From NCBI GenBank assembly GCA_013205405.1, contig JABMMZ010000065.1:3252-67251 (forward strand): a stretch of DNA of 64,000 bases, given 5' to 3'. Source of the stretch: Bacteroidota bacterium (GTDB lineage Bacteria; Bacteroidota; Bacteroidia; NS11-12g; UBA955). Below the pieces are notes generated by a model. The model did not search any database and had not been told where the DNA came from. It saw only the letters and a list, made by a program, of their open reading frames with translations. Position numbers and translations under genes: made by a program. Below are positions 47,635 through 57,622 of the stretch, one piece after another. Position 1 is the first letter of the stretch; each line of letters starts with the position of its first letter.

Positions 47635-48860
47635 TTGCCAAACAGTTTTCCTGTCCAATTTACCCAAACCTCATGTCTATTGGCTAATTCTACTTGAATA
47701 AGCGTATAATTATTGGGCAACACTTTATACCCTAAAATAGTACGGTATTTGGGTTGTAAAATATTGGCTTTTTGATGATTTATTATTTGAACAAAACCAT
47801 AGTTTTCATTAAATTTAATAGTATAAAAAGGGCATTCAAACTCAAGAATATCCTCATAAATATTCAATAAAATATATTTGGATGCTTGTTTGGAATTTAT
47901 CATTCCCCATTTGTTATCTTCTTTTACAAAAAAATCTATACCATCTTTTGCATCATCGCTTTGGCAAGTTCTAAAACAAGAAATAGAATCGTATTTAAAA
48001 GGCACTATTATTTTATTGTTATTGTCTATTGCGCCCCATTTGCCTTTTTGCTTTGCTAATAATATTTCAGAATGATTCAGTCTTACGCTTTTTAAATTTT
48101 GATAAACGGGTGCAAATGAATCACGCTTCAATTTATTATTAATTTGATAAGTAATAAAGCCTTTCATTTTATTTTTAGTATATACAAAATGCTCTTTTGT
48201 AGGCATGTTTTCGGCAATAATTTTGGTTTTTTCTTTGGCAGAAGCTTTTATTTTTTCTAAATTGGCAATTACATTGCCTAGTGTATCATAATATACCTTT
48301 ACATCCTTATTATTGATAACAGAAAAGTGGGTAATACAGTTATTATTGTCCTTATGGAGGTATATATTTTCCGTTGTTTCTTTATAAAGTTTTTCCCCTT
48401 GTTTAGTTTGCGTATTATAGCGGTAAAGGGCTTTTATTCGCCCATTATAGGCTGTTATAAAATTTTGAGTGATCGAGATTCCAGAATACTTCATTTGCAA
48501 TATTTCATTACCCAAATTATTATACAAACCTTTGGTTGTATTTTCTTGATTTATAGTTTCGGCTGTTATTAAGTTACCATTAAAAGTAATAGCAGAAAAT
48601 TTAATAGGTAATACCAATTTAAACTCAGCATTTATAACCCCAAATAGTTCTTGGTTATTAGTGGTATTGCCAACAATAGCTGAGCCATTAGCTTCAAAAA
48701 AAGTAACACTTTTGTATTGCGGTGTAAGCAGTACTTTGCCCAAAGTATCGGCATAGCCATACTGCCCTTTTTCAGCATAAGGAATATGATACAAATAGGA
48801 TTGCGAAAAAGCAAAGTGAGCAATAAAAACAACAAGTATAGAAAGACTAAATTTTTTCAA
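47631..48860 (-). CDS. WG-repeat (KWG) protein, secreted
   Basis: 409 aa with a signal peptide and repeated G(K/Q)(W/Y)G...(I/V)(I/L)P..Y units (KGQYGYADTLGKVLLTPQY, KGKWGAIDNNNKIIVPFKY, NKWGMIN). Confidence 0.7.
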   Translation of the reverse strand: MKKFSLSILVVFIAHFAFSQSYLYHIPYAEKGQYGYADTLGKVLLTPQYKSVTFFEANGSAIVGNTTNNQELFGVINAEFKLVLPIKFSAITFNGNLITAETINQENTTKGLYNNLGNEILQMKYSGISITQNFITAYNGRIKALYRYNTQTKQGEKLYKETTENIYLHKDNNNCITHFSVINNKDVKVYYDTLGNVIANLEKIKASAKEKTKIIAENMPTKEHFVYTKNKMKGFITYQINNKLKRDSFAPVYQNLKSVRLNHSEILLAKQKGKWGAIDNNNKIIVPFKYDSISCFRTCQSDDAKDGIDFFVKEDNKWGMINSKQASKYILLNIYEDILEFECPFYTIKFNENYGFVQIINHQKANILQPKYRTILGYKVLPNNYTLIQVELANRHEVWVNWTGKLFGN

Positions 48861-49260
48861 AATAAAAAAGCAAAATAAAGATAAATCAAAAGGTATGCCT
48901 AATTATTTTTCTAACACTTGCATAAAAAAACGGAAACCAAGATTAGCATTGCTAGCGGTATAATTTTCTTTGGCTTCTATTTGAATATATTGTTGTGAGT
49001 AGGTCCAAGGTATTGTAAAAATGATTACTGGTTTAAAAAAACGATGTAAATAAGCTATCTTTTATATAACCTAACTACTTGTCAGCTTCGCAAATTATTA
49101 ATAACAATTTTTTATAGCGAAGTGGAATAATCTCAAATATACAGAGATTCTAAACTTTTCTCATTTAGCAAAGCAAAATAATCTTTTTTCAGAGCAAAAA
49201 AGTTCAGAATGACGCTTAGCTTAGAACTTTTAACTTAACCCGAACTCAAACTAATAACAC

Positions 49261-49875
49261 TCATCCAATAATCTCTACCTTACTTATACCACTTATTCTG
49301 TATTCCTTATTACTTGGTTGCTCAAAACACTGGTACCAACTTCTTAGTTTAGCCCCTTTTTTAAATATTCTACCTGTGTCTAATTTAAAAATGCTTCCTA
49401 TTGGAATTTGTTCTAACAAGGGTTTTTGGTCCTTATCATATTTGGCCAATACTTTCATTAAACCTTTGTCACTGCAACTGCTTGCGGCTGGGTCGTGCAT
49501 ATACTGTTTTAAAGCATGTTGAATATCGTTAGGTAATTGATGGTGATTAACAATAGGTGCTAATATTTCTTTAAATTCCTGTTTCCATTCTTTGCCATGT
49601 GGATCAATTCTATTTTTAAATTTTTCGAATGCTGTTAAATGGGCTATTTCATGCAAAAAGGTAGTAAGAAATGAATAAGGATTTAAATCTCTGTTGACTG
49701 AAATTCTATGAGAATTATCATGCCTGTGAGGCGCTCTATAATCGCCAAATTTACTAGTTCGTGGTTTGCTTAAGCGTAATTGCACTTTATGTTTTACAAT
49801 CAATTCTACCACATAAGTTGCAGTACCGTCTGGCAAATATTTTTGCATTATATCTGCTAATTCTACTTTGGTCAA
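49261..49875 (-). CDS. SprT-like zinc metalloprotease-domain protein
   Basis: 204 aa with the HExxH motif in FLHEIAHL, in an SprT-like context. Confidence 0.65.
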   Translation of the reverse strand: MTKVELADIMQKYLPDGTATYVVELIVKHKVQLRLSKPRTSKFGDYRAPHRHDNSHRISVNRDLNPYSFLTTFLHEIAHLTAFEKFKNRIDPHGKEWKQEFKEILAPIVNHHQLPNDIQHALKQYMHDPAASSCSDKGLMKVLAKYDKDQKPLLEQIPIGSIFKLDTGRIFKKGAKLRSWYQCFEQPSNKEYRISGISKVEIIG

Positions 49876-50447
49876 TTGGATTTAGAAAATTCAGAGTAAA
49901 TTGTTTCTACTTCATTATACCATGTTTCTCCATACTTGCGTATGAGTGGTTCTTTTAAAAAACTAAACACTGATACATTTAATACATTGCCATAGCTACA
50001 AGCGGCTTTACAAATATCCCATTCATGGTAGTTGACGCTATCATAGGAGCCAATTTTACCTAATCTAATAGGATATAGATGACAACTGATAGGTTTATAA
50101 AAATCTGTAACTCCTGCTTTGTTTGCTTTTTCCATAGCACAGCCTAAAATACCATTTTCTTTGAACACAAATACGCATTCACCTGTTGGCAAACAAGTGG
50201 TAGCATAATCATTTATTTCTTCGCCTTCATGGAAGCCTTCTTGTTCTAATAAGGCCAAGCCATCTGCACTCATAAAAGGTTTAATAGCTTCTAAATTTTT
50301 GTCTATAAAAGCTATTTCTTCTTTATCTAACGGTGCGCCTCTATCGCCTTCAATACAGCATGCACCCTTACATTTATCTAGGTGGCAGACAAAGTTTGTA
50401 GAAAAAATTTCGGTTGAAATTAATGTATTATCAACTTCTAAAATCAT
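49872..50447 (-). CDS. DUF3109-family Cys-rich protein
   Basis: 191 aa. The N-terminal pattern [22 protein letters not shown] matches my memory of DUF3109. It has 4-nt overlaps with both neighbouring genes. Confidence 0.6.
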   Translation of the reverse strand: MILEVDNTLISTEIFSTNFVCHLDKCKGACCIEGDRGAPLDKEEIAFIDKNLEAIKPFMSADGLALLEQEGFHEGEEINDYATTCLPTGECVFVFKENGILGCAMEKANKAGVTDFYKPISCHLYPIRLGKIGSYDSVNYHEWDICKAACSYGNVLNVSVFSFLKEPLIRKYGETWYNEVETIYSEFSKSN

Positions 50448-50956
50448 TTACCAGATAAGTAGGCTTTAAAGCCAATGTCTTCTAAAGATTCAGCTTTATC
50501 CAATACTTTTTTTTCAAGATTGGTCATATAATTTGTAATTGTTGGCCAAAGTTCTGGTTTGGCATTGGCTATAATTTTTGCAGCAAATAATCCTGCATTT
50601 TTAGCGCCATTAATAGCCATTGTAGCTACTGGAATACCTGGAGGCATTTGTACTATACTATACAATGAATCTAAACCCGAAAGATTAGAAGATTTAATTG
50701 GAACACCTATTACGGGAAGTGGTGTAATACTTGCAAACATACCTGGTAAATGCGCTGCTCCGCCTGCACCTGCTATTACACATTTATAGCCATTGGCTTG
50801 GGCTGATTTGGCCTCATCAAACATTCTTTGTACTGTGCGATGAGCGCTTACAATTGTTAAATGGTAAGTAATGCCCATTTCATCCAGCAATTCAGCAGCT
50901 TCTTTCATTACTGGCAAGTCGCTATCAGAACCCATAATAATTAATACATCTTTCAT
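50444..50956 (-). CDS. purE: 5-(carboxyamino)imidazole ribonucleotide mutase
   Basis: 170 aa with [17 protein letters not shown] and [11 protein letters not shown]. Confidence 0.95.
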   Translation of the reverse strand: MKDVLIIMGSDSDLPVMKEAAELLDEMGITYHLTIVSAHRTVQRMFDEAKSAQANGYKCVIAGAGGAAHLPGMFASITPLPVIGVPIKSSNLSGLDSLYSIVQMPPGIPVATMAINGAKNAGLFAAKIIANAKPELWPTITNYMTNLEKKVLDKAESLEDIGFKAYLSGK

Positions 50957-51032
50957 AATGAATTTATTGATTGCAAAAGTAATTCATTATTTGCATAATC
51001 CTTACACTGCAAATAAGTGCTTACTTTTTACT

Positions 51033-51944
51033 TTAAAAATTTTCTCCCCAATTTTTTAGTTCTTCTTCACTCCACAAATCGGGAAAGAAAATTCTGCGTT
51101 GGTATTTGGGGTGCATGTATTTTCGCCAATCGCTGCCACCGGTGGCCTCTCCTCCACCTATGTATTTAGCTGCGGCATTATAATGTGCCATTACCCAACT
51201 CACATTTACAGTATAATCATAGTGTCGCATGGCTTTTATTAATTCAGCATCTTGCTTTACCTTTTCAGGCAATTGTTTAAACTTAACCCATAAATTGGTT
51301 GTATTATAAATATCCATTTTTAACAAAAAATCAGCTTTGTATTTATTTTCAAAGTTAGTTAATAATGCATTTTTTTTACCAGTAGCATGATCTTTTCCTG
51401 CGGCTTGCCAATAAAGATGTTCGAAAGCGTGTTCTATTGGGGTATTTCTATCTATTGTAGCTCTATATCGATTATCAATTAAATTGATAATTTCTGTAGA
51501 CGCAAACTCAATCAAGCGATATTGGGCACTTTGAAAACCACTGGCTGGTGTAAGTGTGTTTCTAAATTGCATGTATTGTTCTATTTCCATACCATCACCC
51601 ATAATATCAAATGATGTAGATAGCATATCAAAATAGCGGCTAACACGTCTTAGTTTTTCGGTAAAAAATGCAGCCTCTAATTTTTCTGAATTGCTTACTT
51701 GGTCTATTTCCCAAAGTATCATTTTAAATAACAATTCATTTATTTGATGATACATAATAAATACCATTTCATCGGGCAATGTAGTACGCTGAATTTGTAA
51801 GCCCAATAGTGCTTCTGGTAAAATATAATCCCAGTAAGTAATTGGCTTAGCATGCACCAAGCCTTCTAAATGTACATCTGGATTTTGCCCAATTGCCAGA
51901 TATTTTTCTTGTATTCTTTTTATTATTTCTTCTTGTTGATTCAT
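51033..51944 (-). CDS. kynA: tryptophan 2,3-dioxygenase
   Basis: 303 aa. The motif DEMVFIMYHQINELLFKMILWEI matches the conserved TDO helix containing the distal His. Confidence 0.75.
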   Translation of the reverse strand: MNQQEEIIKRIQEKYLAIGQNPDVHLEGLVHAKPITYWDYILPEALLGLQIQRTTLPDEMVFIMYHQINELLFKMILWEIDQVSNSEKLEAAFFTEKLRRVSRYFDMLSTSFDIMGDGMEIEQYMQFRNTLTPASGFQSAQYRLIEFASTEIINLIDNRYRATIDRNTPIEHAFEHLYWQAAGKDHATGKKNALLTNFENKYKADFLLKMDIYNTTNLWVKFKQLPEKVKQDAELIKAMRHYDYTVNVSWVMAHYNAAAKYIGGGEATGGSDWRKYMHPKYQRRIFFPDLWSEEELKNWGENF

Positions 51945-51959
51945 TAGTATTATGATTTT

Positions 51960-53114
51960 TTAAACTGCTTTCATACTGATGGTATTTTTTACCATTAATA
52001 CTTTTTCTTTTACTTCTTCTAAAGTAGTTCCTAATATCGTAATATGGCCCATTTTACGTTTCGGTTTTGTTTCTGCTTTGTTATAAAGATGAATAAAAAC
52101 GCCTTCTGTGGCTAGTATTTTTTCTAATCCTGTTATTTTATAGGCTCCTGATACATCAGTCGCGCCTAATAAATTTATCATAGCTGCTGGTTTTATTAAA
52201 CTAGTATTGCCTAACGGCATTCCCAATAATATGCGGTTTAATTGTTCATACTGACTGGTATAGCAAGCTTCAATGGTATGATGACCACTATTATGCGGAC
52301 GGGGCGCAATTTCATTTACCCATAAATTATTTTCCTTATCTAAGAACATTTCTACTGCAAAAATTCCAACGCCTTGCAATTTAATAATAGCATCCATGGC
52401 TATTCGTTTAGCCTTTTCTTCTATTTCAGCTGAAATATTGGCAGGAGAATATAAAAATTCTACTAGATTGGCTTGAGGATCAAATTCCATTTCTGCAATA
52501 GGAAAAGTATTGATTTCTCCACTTTCATTGCGCGAAACAATAACTGCTAATTCAATAGCACCTTCTACAAATTCTTCGAGTACTGAAGGTTCTGTAAATG
52601 GAATACTTCTAATATGTGCCAACATTTCCTTTTTATTTACAAGAGCTACTCCTTTACCATCGTATCCACCTTTGCGTAATTTAGCTACTACTGTTTCACC
52701 CTTTACTTTCAGTAATTTTTCTGACCACTCTTCCTCATTTTCTAACAATTCAAAATCGGTAGTAGGAATATGATGATGCTGAAAAAATAATTTTTGAAGG
52801 CCTTTATCTTGAATAATTTCTAATACCTTTGGGGAAGGTACAATGCGTTTTCCTTGCGCTTCTAAAGTGTGAAGAGCGTCAATATTTACATGTTCAATTT
52901 CGTATGTTATAACATCACTATCTGCAGCTAATTCCATTATCTTTTCATAGTCCATCAAACTACCAACTATATGCTTATTAGCTATGCTAGAAGCAGGAGC
53001 ATTGGCTTCTTCTAAAATTGTATAGTGAATATTCCATGGTTTACCGGCTTCAATCAGCATTTTTCCTAATTGTCCGCCACCGATTATGCCTATTTTTATA
53101 TTTGAGGGTAACAT
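51960..53114 (-). CDS. purK: N5-carboxyaminoimidazole ribonucleotide synthase (ATP-grasp)
   Basis: 384 aa with N-terminal IGIIGGGQLGKM, an ATP-grasp core, RPHNSGH, and the C-terminal KPKRKMGHITI. Confidence 0.92.
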   Translation of the reverse strand: MLPSNIKIGIIGGGQLGKMLIEAGKPWNIHYTILEEANAPASSIANKHIVGSLMDYEKIMELAADSDVITYEIEHVNIDALHTLEAQGKRIVPSPKVLEIIQDKGLQKLFFQHHHIPTTDFELLENEEEWSEKLLKVKGETVVAKLRKGGYDGKGVALVNKKEMLAHIRSIPFTEPSVLEEFVEGAIELAVIVSRNESGEINTFPIAEMEFDPQANLVEFLYSPANISAEIEEKAKRIAMDAIIKLQGVGIFAVEMFLDKENNLWVNEIAPRPHNSGHHTIEACYTSQYEQLNRILLGMPLGNTSLIKPAAMINLLGATDVSGAYKITGLEKILATEGVFIHLYNKAETKPKRKMGHITILGTTLEEVKEKVLMVKNTISMKAV

Positions 53115-53125
53115 ATTATTAGGTG

Positions 53126-53133
53126 CAAAAATA
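53126..53133 (-). promoter_or_regulatory. -7 promoter element (TAnnTTTG) for purK
   Basis: The minus strand reads TATTTTTG, 11 nt upstream of ATG 53114. Confidence 0.4.
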
Positions 53134-53134
53134 G

Positions 53135-54598
53135 CTACTTAAAGTCATGTTTTTTAGTAATTAGAAATATTTCATTTTCACCATAAAAACTTTTATAACT
53201 TGCAAAAACTTTTAGCTCATAATTTCTTAAATTGAGTTCATTTTGCTTTGAGTAGAAATCATTTCTACTAATTGAGGATTTAGATACTTTATCTATAAAA
53301 ATAATGTGATTATTACTTAGTAAGGAATCTACTTGAAGATAAAATTTTTCATTTCTTGAATCAATATAATGATGGTGAATATTGAATCCCTTTTGGTAGG
53401 TAATTATATTTTCTACTAATGATTTATTCTGCCATAGAAAATAAGACTTAGGATTCTTTACAGCAATGTCAACTTGTGTATTCACTTTATTCAAACTTAA
53501 AAAGTATTGCGGTAAAATGCCAAAGCACATATTCCAAATAAATATTACAAGTACCAAAGTTTTTAAAAATCTTAAGTCTATAAATTGAATACTACAACCT
53601 AAATATAAAACCAATAGAAATGGCAACATGACCATAAACTCAGCATTAGCAGAACTTAAAAAAGCAAAAATAAGGTGAAGTACAAAAGCTAAAACAAATA
53701 ACAATTTATAGTGATTATTTTCAATTTTACGAACTGTTTGCCAGGGCTTTAATTTAAATATTAGATAATACAATACCAACATCAATAATAATAAAAATAG
53801 AGCTAACACACTATCTGATGGTATAAAATCGAAAATATTACCATGAATTTGAATAAATGAACGCATAAAATTAATGGCAGTAAATAATAAATTTTTAAGA
53901 TTAAATTCTAAACTCGCATTGCCTTTGCTGTATTCGCCTGTTACAAATTGAATGAATGTAGTATGCGTATTAGCATATTTAAAAACAATGAAATAAACCA
54001 CAGGAACAAGTAAAAGGAATGATACAAACAATAAAATATTTTTGATACTAAATGGCTTTTGTATTAAAAGAAAAACTACAAAAACCAAGCCCCACCAAAT
54101 ATGAACTTGATGAAACAATATGGCTAAACAACTGCAAAATGCAGATAGAATAAGCTGTTTCCAACTTTTAAAATGAACAAAAAAATATGACGTTATTAAA
54201 GAAAATAAGAGTGGCAAAATATAAGTTTCTGCATCGGTAGCAAAACGCATAAACCCAAATGATACACCGCATAGTAGAGTCAACCAAAAGGCTGTTTGTT
54301 TTTCTGTATTCAGTTTTATTAAACATGCTTTTAGAACAAATAAACATGCTAGAGCTGCTATACTATTCATGATGTTTAAAGTAGCAATGGCCTCAATATT
54401 TGGATAAAAAAATTGAAGCGTTAAGTACCAAAGTCTTCCAAAACCATTGTAAAGCAAATGATGGCTATTCCATAATTCTGCGTTATGCTTTACACATGCC
54501 GCATAATACCAAGAATCTATATTGGCGTTTTGGGAAGGCAAAAATAAATATACTAAACTTAAGCATAAAAATGTAATATGATGATTTTTTAATCGCAA
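53135..54598 (-). CDS. polytopic integral membrane protein (possibly a GT-C-type glycosyltransferase)
   Basis: 487 aa with more than 10 hydrophobic helices and a soluble C-terminal region of about 110 aa. The start is a TTG. No specific family recognised. Confidence 0.4.
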   Translation of the reverse strand: MRLKNHHITFLCLSLVYLFLPSQNANIDSWYYAACVKHNAELWNSHHLLYNGFGRLWYLTLQFFYPNIEAIATLNIMNSIAALACLFVLKACLIKLNTEKQTAFWLTLLCGVSFGFMRFATDAETYILPLLFSLITSYFFVHFKSWKQLILSAFCSCLAILFHQVHIWWGLVFVVFLLIQKPFSIKNILLFVSFLLLVPVVYFIVFKYANTHTTFIQFVTGEYSKGNASLEFNLKNLLFTAINFMRSFIQIHGNIFDFIPSDSVLALFLLLLMLVLYYLIFKLKPWQTVRKIENNHYKLLFVLAFVLHLIFAFLSSANAEFMVMLPFLLVLYLGCSIQFIDLRFLKTLVLVIFIWNMCFGILPQYFLSLNKVNTQVDIAVKNPKSYFLWQNKSLVENIITYQKGFNIHHHYIDSRNEKFYLQVDSLLSNNHIIFIDKVSKSSISRNDFYSKQNELNLRNYELKVFASYKSFYGENEIFLITKKHDFK

Positions 54599-54609
54599 TA
54601 GTCAACAAA

Positions 54610-54647
54610 AATAAGGGTATATTGGTTTTAACCAATATACCCTTATT
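54610..54647 (-). terminator. strong hairpin terminator downstream of dusB (38-nt perfect palindrome)
   Basis: aataagggtatattggtt (54610-54627) / aaccaatatacccttatt (54630-54647) gives 16-18 bp of perfect pairing. T-runs follow on both strands. Confidence 0.75.
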
Positions 54648-54784
54648 AAATTTTTAAAATAAAATGGCTAAATTAGAATTGTTCTACCATTTAAAATCCA
54701 CTAATATAAATCCCAAAGGCCAATAAATGCTGAGCTTTACTTATAGTAAAAACAATAAATACGACAATTGTTAAATATTTTTTT

Positions 54785-55786
54785 TTACCATACTGAGATT
54801 AATTTTTGTTGAAAATCTTCTTGTTTTAACATTTCAAATATACTGTAAATTTCGCTTTTTGAATTGCTTGTCACCAAGGCTACTCTATGTTCTTTAAAGT
54901 GGGGTACATTCTTAAAATAATTACTATAATGGCGTTTCATTTCGTTAATGGCTATTTTTTCACCTTTCCATTCTACACTTTTTTCAAAATGAGTAAGGCA
55001 AGCATCTATTCTTTCTTGAAAAGTTGGAGGAGCTAAATGTTCCTCAGCATTTAAGTAATGTTTTATTTCTCTAAAAATCCAAGGATGACCAATGCTGGCT
55101 CGGCCTATCATAATGCCATCCACACCATATCTATTTTTATATTCTAAGGCTTTTTCTGGTGTATCAATGTCCCCATTTCCAAATATAGGAATGTGTATGC
55201 GTGGATTATTTTTAACTTTAGCAATTAGGCTCCAATCAGCACTGCCTTTATACAATTGAGTGCGTGTGCGTCCATGAATGGATAAGGCTTTTACTCCAAT
55301 ATCTTGCATGCGTTCTGCTACTTCTTCAATATTTTTAGTATTTTCATCCCACCCTAAACGGGTTTTAACTGTTACAGGTAAATTGGTAGATTTTACCACT
55401 GCTTCCGTTAATCTTACCATCAGGGGAACGTCTTTTAAAACAGCGGCACCTGCACCTTTACAAACTACCTTTTTTACAGGGCATCCAAAATTAATATCGA
55501 CAATATCAGGTTGTGTGGCATCTACTATCTTAGTAGCCATTGCCATTGCTTCCTCATCGCCCCCAAATATTTGTATGCCAATTGGTCGTTCATAATCGAA
55601 AATATCTAACTTTTGTCTACTTTTTACAGCATCTCTTATTAAACCTTCGCTACTTATAAATTCAGTAAACATAAGGTCGGCCCCTTGCTGCTTGCATAAA
55701 AATCGGAATGGTGGATCGCTTACGTCTTCCATTGGAGCAAGCAGTATTGGAAATTCTCCTAATGATATGTCAGCTATTTTTACCAC
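54785..55786 (-). CDS. dusB: tRNA-dihydrouridine synthase
   Basis: 333 aa with LAPMEDVSDPPFR, DINFGCP (catalytic Cys) and the FMN-binding TIM-barrel pattern GNGDI...GIMIGR. Confidence 0.9.
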   Translation of the reverse strand: MVKIADISLGEFPILLAPMEDVSDPPFRFLCKQQGADLMFTEFISSEGLIRDAVKSRQKLDIFDYERPIGIQIFGGDEEAMAMATKIVDATQPDIVDINFGCPVKKVVCKGAGAAVLKDVPLMVRLTEAVVKSTNLPVTVKTRLGWDENTKNIEEVAERMQDIGVKALSIHGRTRTQLYKGSADWSLIAKVKNNPRIHIPIFGNGDIDTPEKALEYKNRYGVDGIMIGRASIGHPWIFREIKHYLNAEEHLAPPTFQERIDACLTHFEKSVEWKGEKIAINEMKRHYSNYFKNVPHFKEHRVALVTSNSKSEIYSIFEMLKQEDFQQKLISVW

Positions 55787-55819
55787 CTTTGCATTTTAAA
55801 AATTAATCTACAAAAATAC

Positions 55820-56728
55820 GTGTACCAAAATAGAATACAATACTTTGCTGATATTTTAATTCTTTTAGGATTAATTGTTATCTGTGCTTCAGTAATGACA
55901 GGAATTGGCATATTGGTTTCAGCAGGTACTTTTCACCTTGGCATAATGGAAACTTTAAGCAGAATGCAAGATACCTCAAACTCTGAAAATATAGGTATAT
56001 TAAAAATGATTAATGTATTCTCTACATTTGGCGCATGGCTGCTTTCAGCTTATATTCTTATTTTAATTAGAGGTAAAAAAGTGTTTCAATATTGGCAGCT
56101 AAATTCATCTAATTGTTCAAAAATTTGGGTTTATATGCCCCTCATTTTTATAAGTGTTATCATACTTTCTGCTTTTTTCTTAAATCTAAACCATGCCATT
56201 CATTTTCCTGATTTTTTAAAATCATGGATAGAAAACACCAAAAAAACAGAAAGTTTAATGGGTCATTTTTTAGCAATGCATACTACAAAAGATTTAATAC
56301 TTAATTTATTAATTGTAGCGGTTGCTCCTGCAGTATTCGAGGAGATATTTTTTAGAGGAACTTTGCAAAAATTAATAATTGGCTTTACAGGCAATATGCA
56401 CTTGGGTGTTGTTATTACTAGCTTTATTTTTGCTGCTATTCACATGAATGCTATTCAAATAATTCCTATGTTTTTTATAGCTCTTGTTTTGGGTTACTTA
56501 TATCAATTTACACAAAGTATTTGGCCAAATATTTTGCTGCATTTTTTAAATAATGCCATGGCAGTTATAGGGCTTTATTATCAAAACAAACATCCTATTG
56601 CTAAACAAATAACAGACGATAGTATGCAAATGCCTTATTATGTTACCATTTTTGCTTTTGCAACTTTGGCATTTATATTTTTTCAAGTGTACAATAATTA
56701 CAAAAAAAAGATTTTAATAAATGAATAA
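55820..56728 (+). CDS. CPBP-family intramembrane glutamic endopeptidase (CAAX protease-like)
   Basis: 302 aa, polytopic, with motifs EEIFFRG, FAAIH and HFLNN. The start is a GTG. Confidence 0.8.
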   Translation: MYQNRIQYFADILILLGLIVICASVMTGIGILVSAGTFHLGIMETLSRMQDTSNSENIGILKMINVFSTFGAWLLSAYILILIRGKKVFQYWQLNSSNCSKIWVYMPLIFISVIILSAFFLNLNHAIHFPDFLKSWIENTKKTESLMGHFLAMHTTKDLILNLLIVAVAPAVFEEIFFRGTLQKLIIGFTGNMHLGVVITSFIFAAIHMNAIQIIPMFFIALVLGYLYQFTQSIWPNILLHFLNNAMAVIGLYYQNKHPIAKQITDDSMQMPYYVTIFAFATLAFIFFQVYNNYKKKILINE

Positions 56729-57545
56729 TTTTGGGCAAAGAGCCTTAACGGGTGCTGTTTTTGTAGGTGTAATTGTTACACTTACCTTAATCAATCAATT
56801 AACATTTTTAGGCCTAATACTACTCATAGGGGCAGGCTGTTTATATGAGTTTTATAAAATTACAAATGAAAAATCATTAACGCTTGTGCATTATTTGGGC
56901 ATTATAACTGGTTTATGCATTATAGCTGGAAAGTATTGGTTTAAAAACATTGAAATGTTAATTTTTTCGTCTGTATTATTCTCCCTTTTGGCTATTATTA
57001 TATTATTTTCTAAAGATAAAAATTGGAAGACCTTGGCCTATACTTTTGCAGGTATTTTTTATATTGCAGTGCCACTACTTGTTTTTTATATCAGCTGTTT
57101 TCATAGAATTGGTAGTGGTTTTATGGTCATTACCCAAAAAATATACAATCCATTATTAGCCCTTAATTTATTTATTTTAATATGGTGCAGCGATACTTTT
57201 GCTTACTTGTGTGGTAGGGCTTTCGGAAAGCATCCTTTGTTCCCAGCTATTTCTCCAAAAAAAACATGGGAAGGTTTTTTTGGTGGATTACTATTAACCA
57301 TTGCAGCCTCTTATATTTTAGCCCTTTGGTTTGGTTTAAATCCAATATACAATTTAATTGTAGGTTTTATAACTGTTATATTTGGAAGTGTAGGCGATTT
57401 AATAGAAAGTATGCTAAAACGCCAATACAATGTGAAAGATTCTGGCACAATGCTGCCAGGCCATGGTGGTTTTTTAGATAGATTTGATGCACTTTTAATT
57501 GCTTTGCCTTTTAATTGCGTAGTATATTATTATCTATATTTTTAA
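56721..57545 (+). CDS. cdsA: phosphatidate cytidylyltransferase
   Basis: 274 aa with SDTFAYLCGRAFGKH, SPKKTWEG and the C-terminal signature GHGGFLDRFD. Confidence 0.92.
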   Translation: MNNFGQRALTGAVFVGVIVTLTLINQLTFLGLILLIGAGCLYEFYKITNEKSLTLVHYLGIITGLCIIAGKYWFKNIEMLIFSSVLFSLLAIIILFSKDKNWKTLAYTFAGIFYIAVPLLVFYISCFHRIGSGFMVITQKIYNPLLALNLFILIWCSDTFAYLCGRAFGKHPLFPAISPKKTWEGFFGGLLLTIAASYILALWFGLNPIYNLIVGFITVIFGSVGDLIESMLKRQYNVKDSGTMLPGHGGFLDRFDALLIALPFNCVVYYYLYF

Positions 57546-57597
57546 TTCGTAAGCTTAATTAAATACTTACATATTTTTTTAGCGCCAAAAAAATATG

Positions 57598-57605
57598 TAA
57601 TTTTG
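57598..57605 (+). promoter_or_regulatory. -7 promoter element (TAnnTTTG)
   Basis: TAATTTTG, 17 nt upstream of ATG 57623. Confidence 0.45.
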
Positions 57606-57622
57606 TGTTTTAAAATTTTAAA

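Noticed and set aside
48906-49061. A 52-codon open frame without a start codon on the minus strand, within the 400-nt gap between the SprT-like and WG-repeat genes. It reads KIAYLHRFFKPVIIFTIPWTYSQQYIQIEAKENYTASNANLGFRFFMQVLEK* and could be the C-terminal remnant of a beta-barrel protein.
   Set aside because: By my rough estimate, an open run of this length has about a 2% chance per frame and position at this base composition. It has no start codon and no recognisable motif. I also saw no convincing structured RNA in this gap. It is worth a BLASTX search, but the sequence alone does not support calling it.
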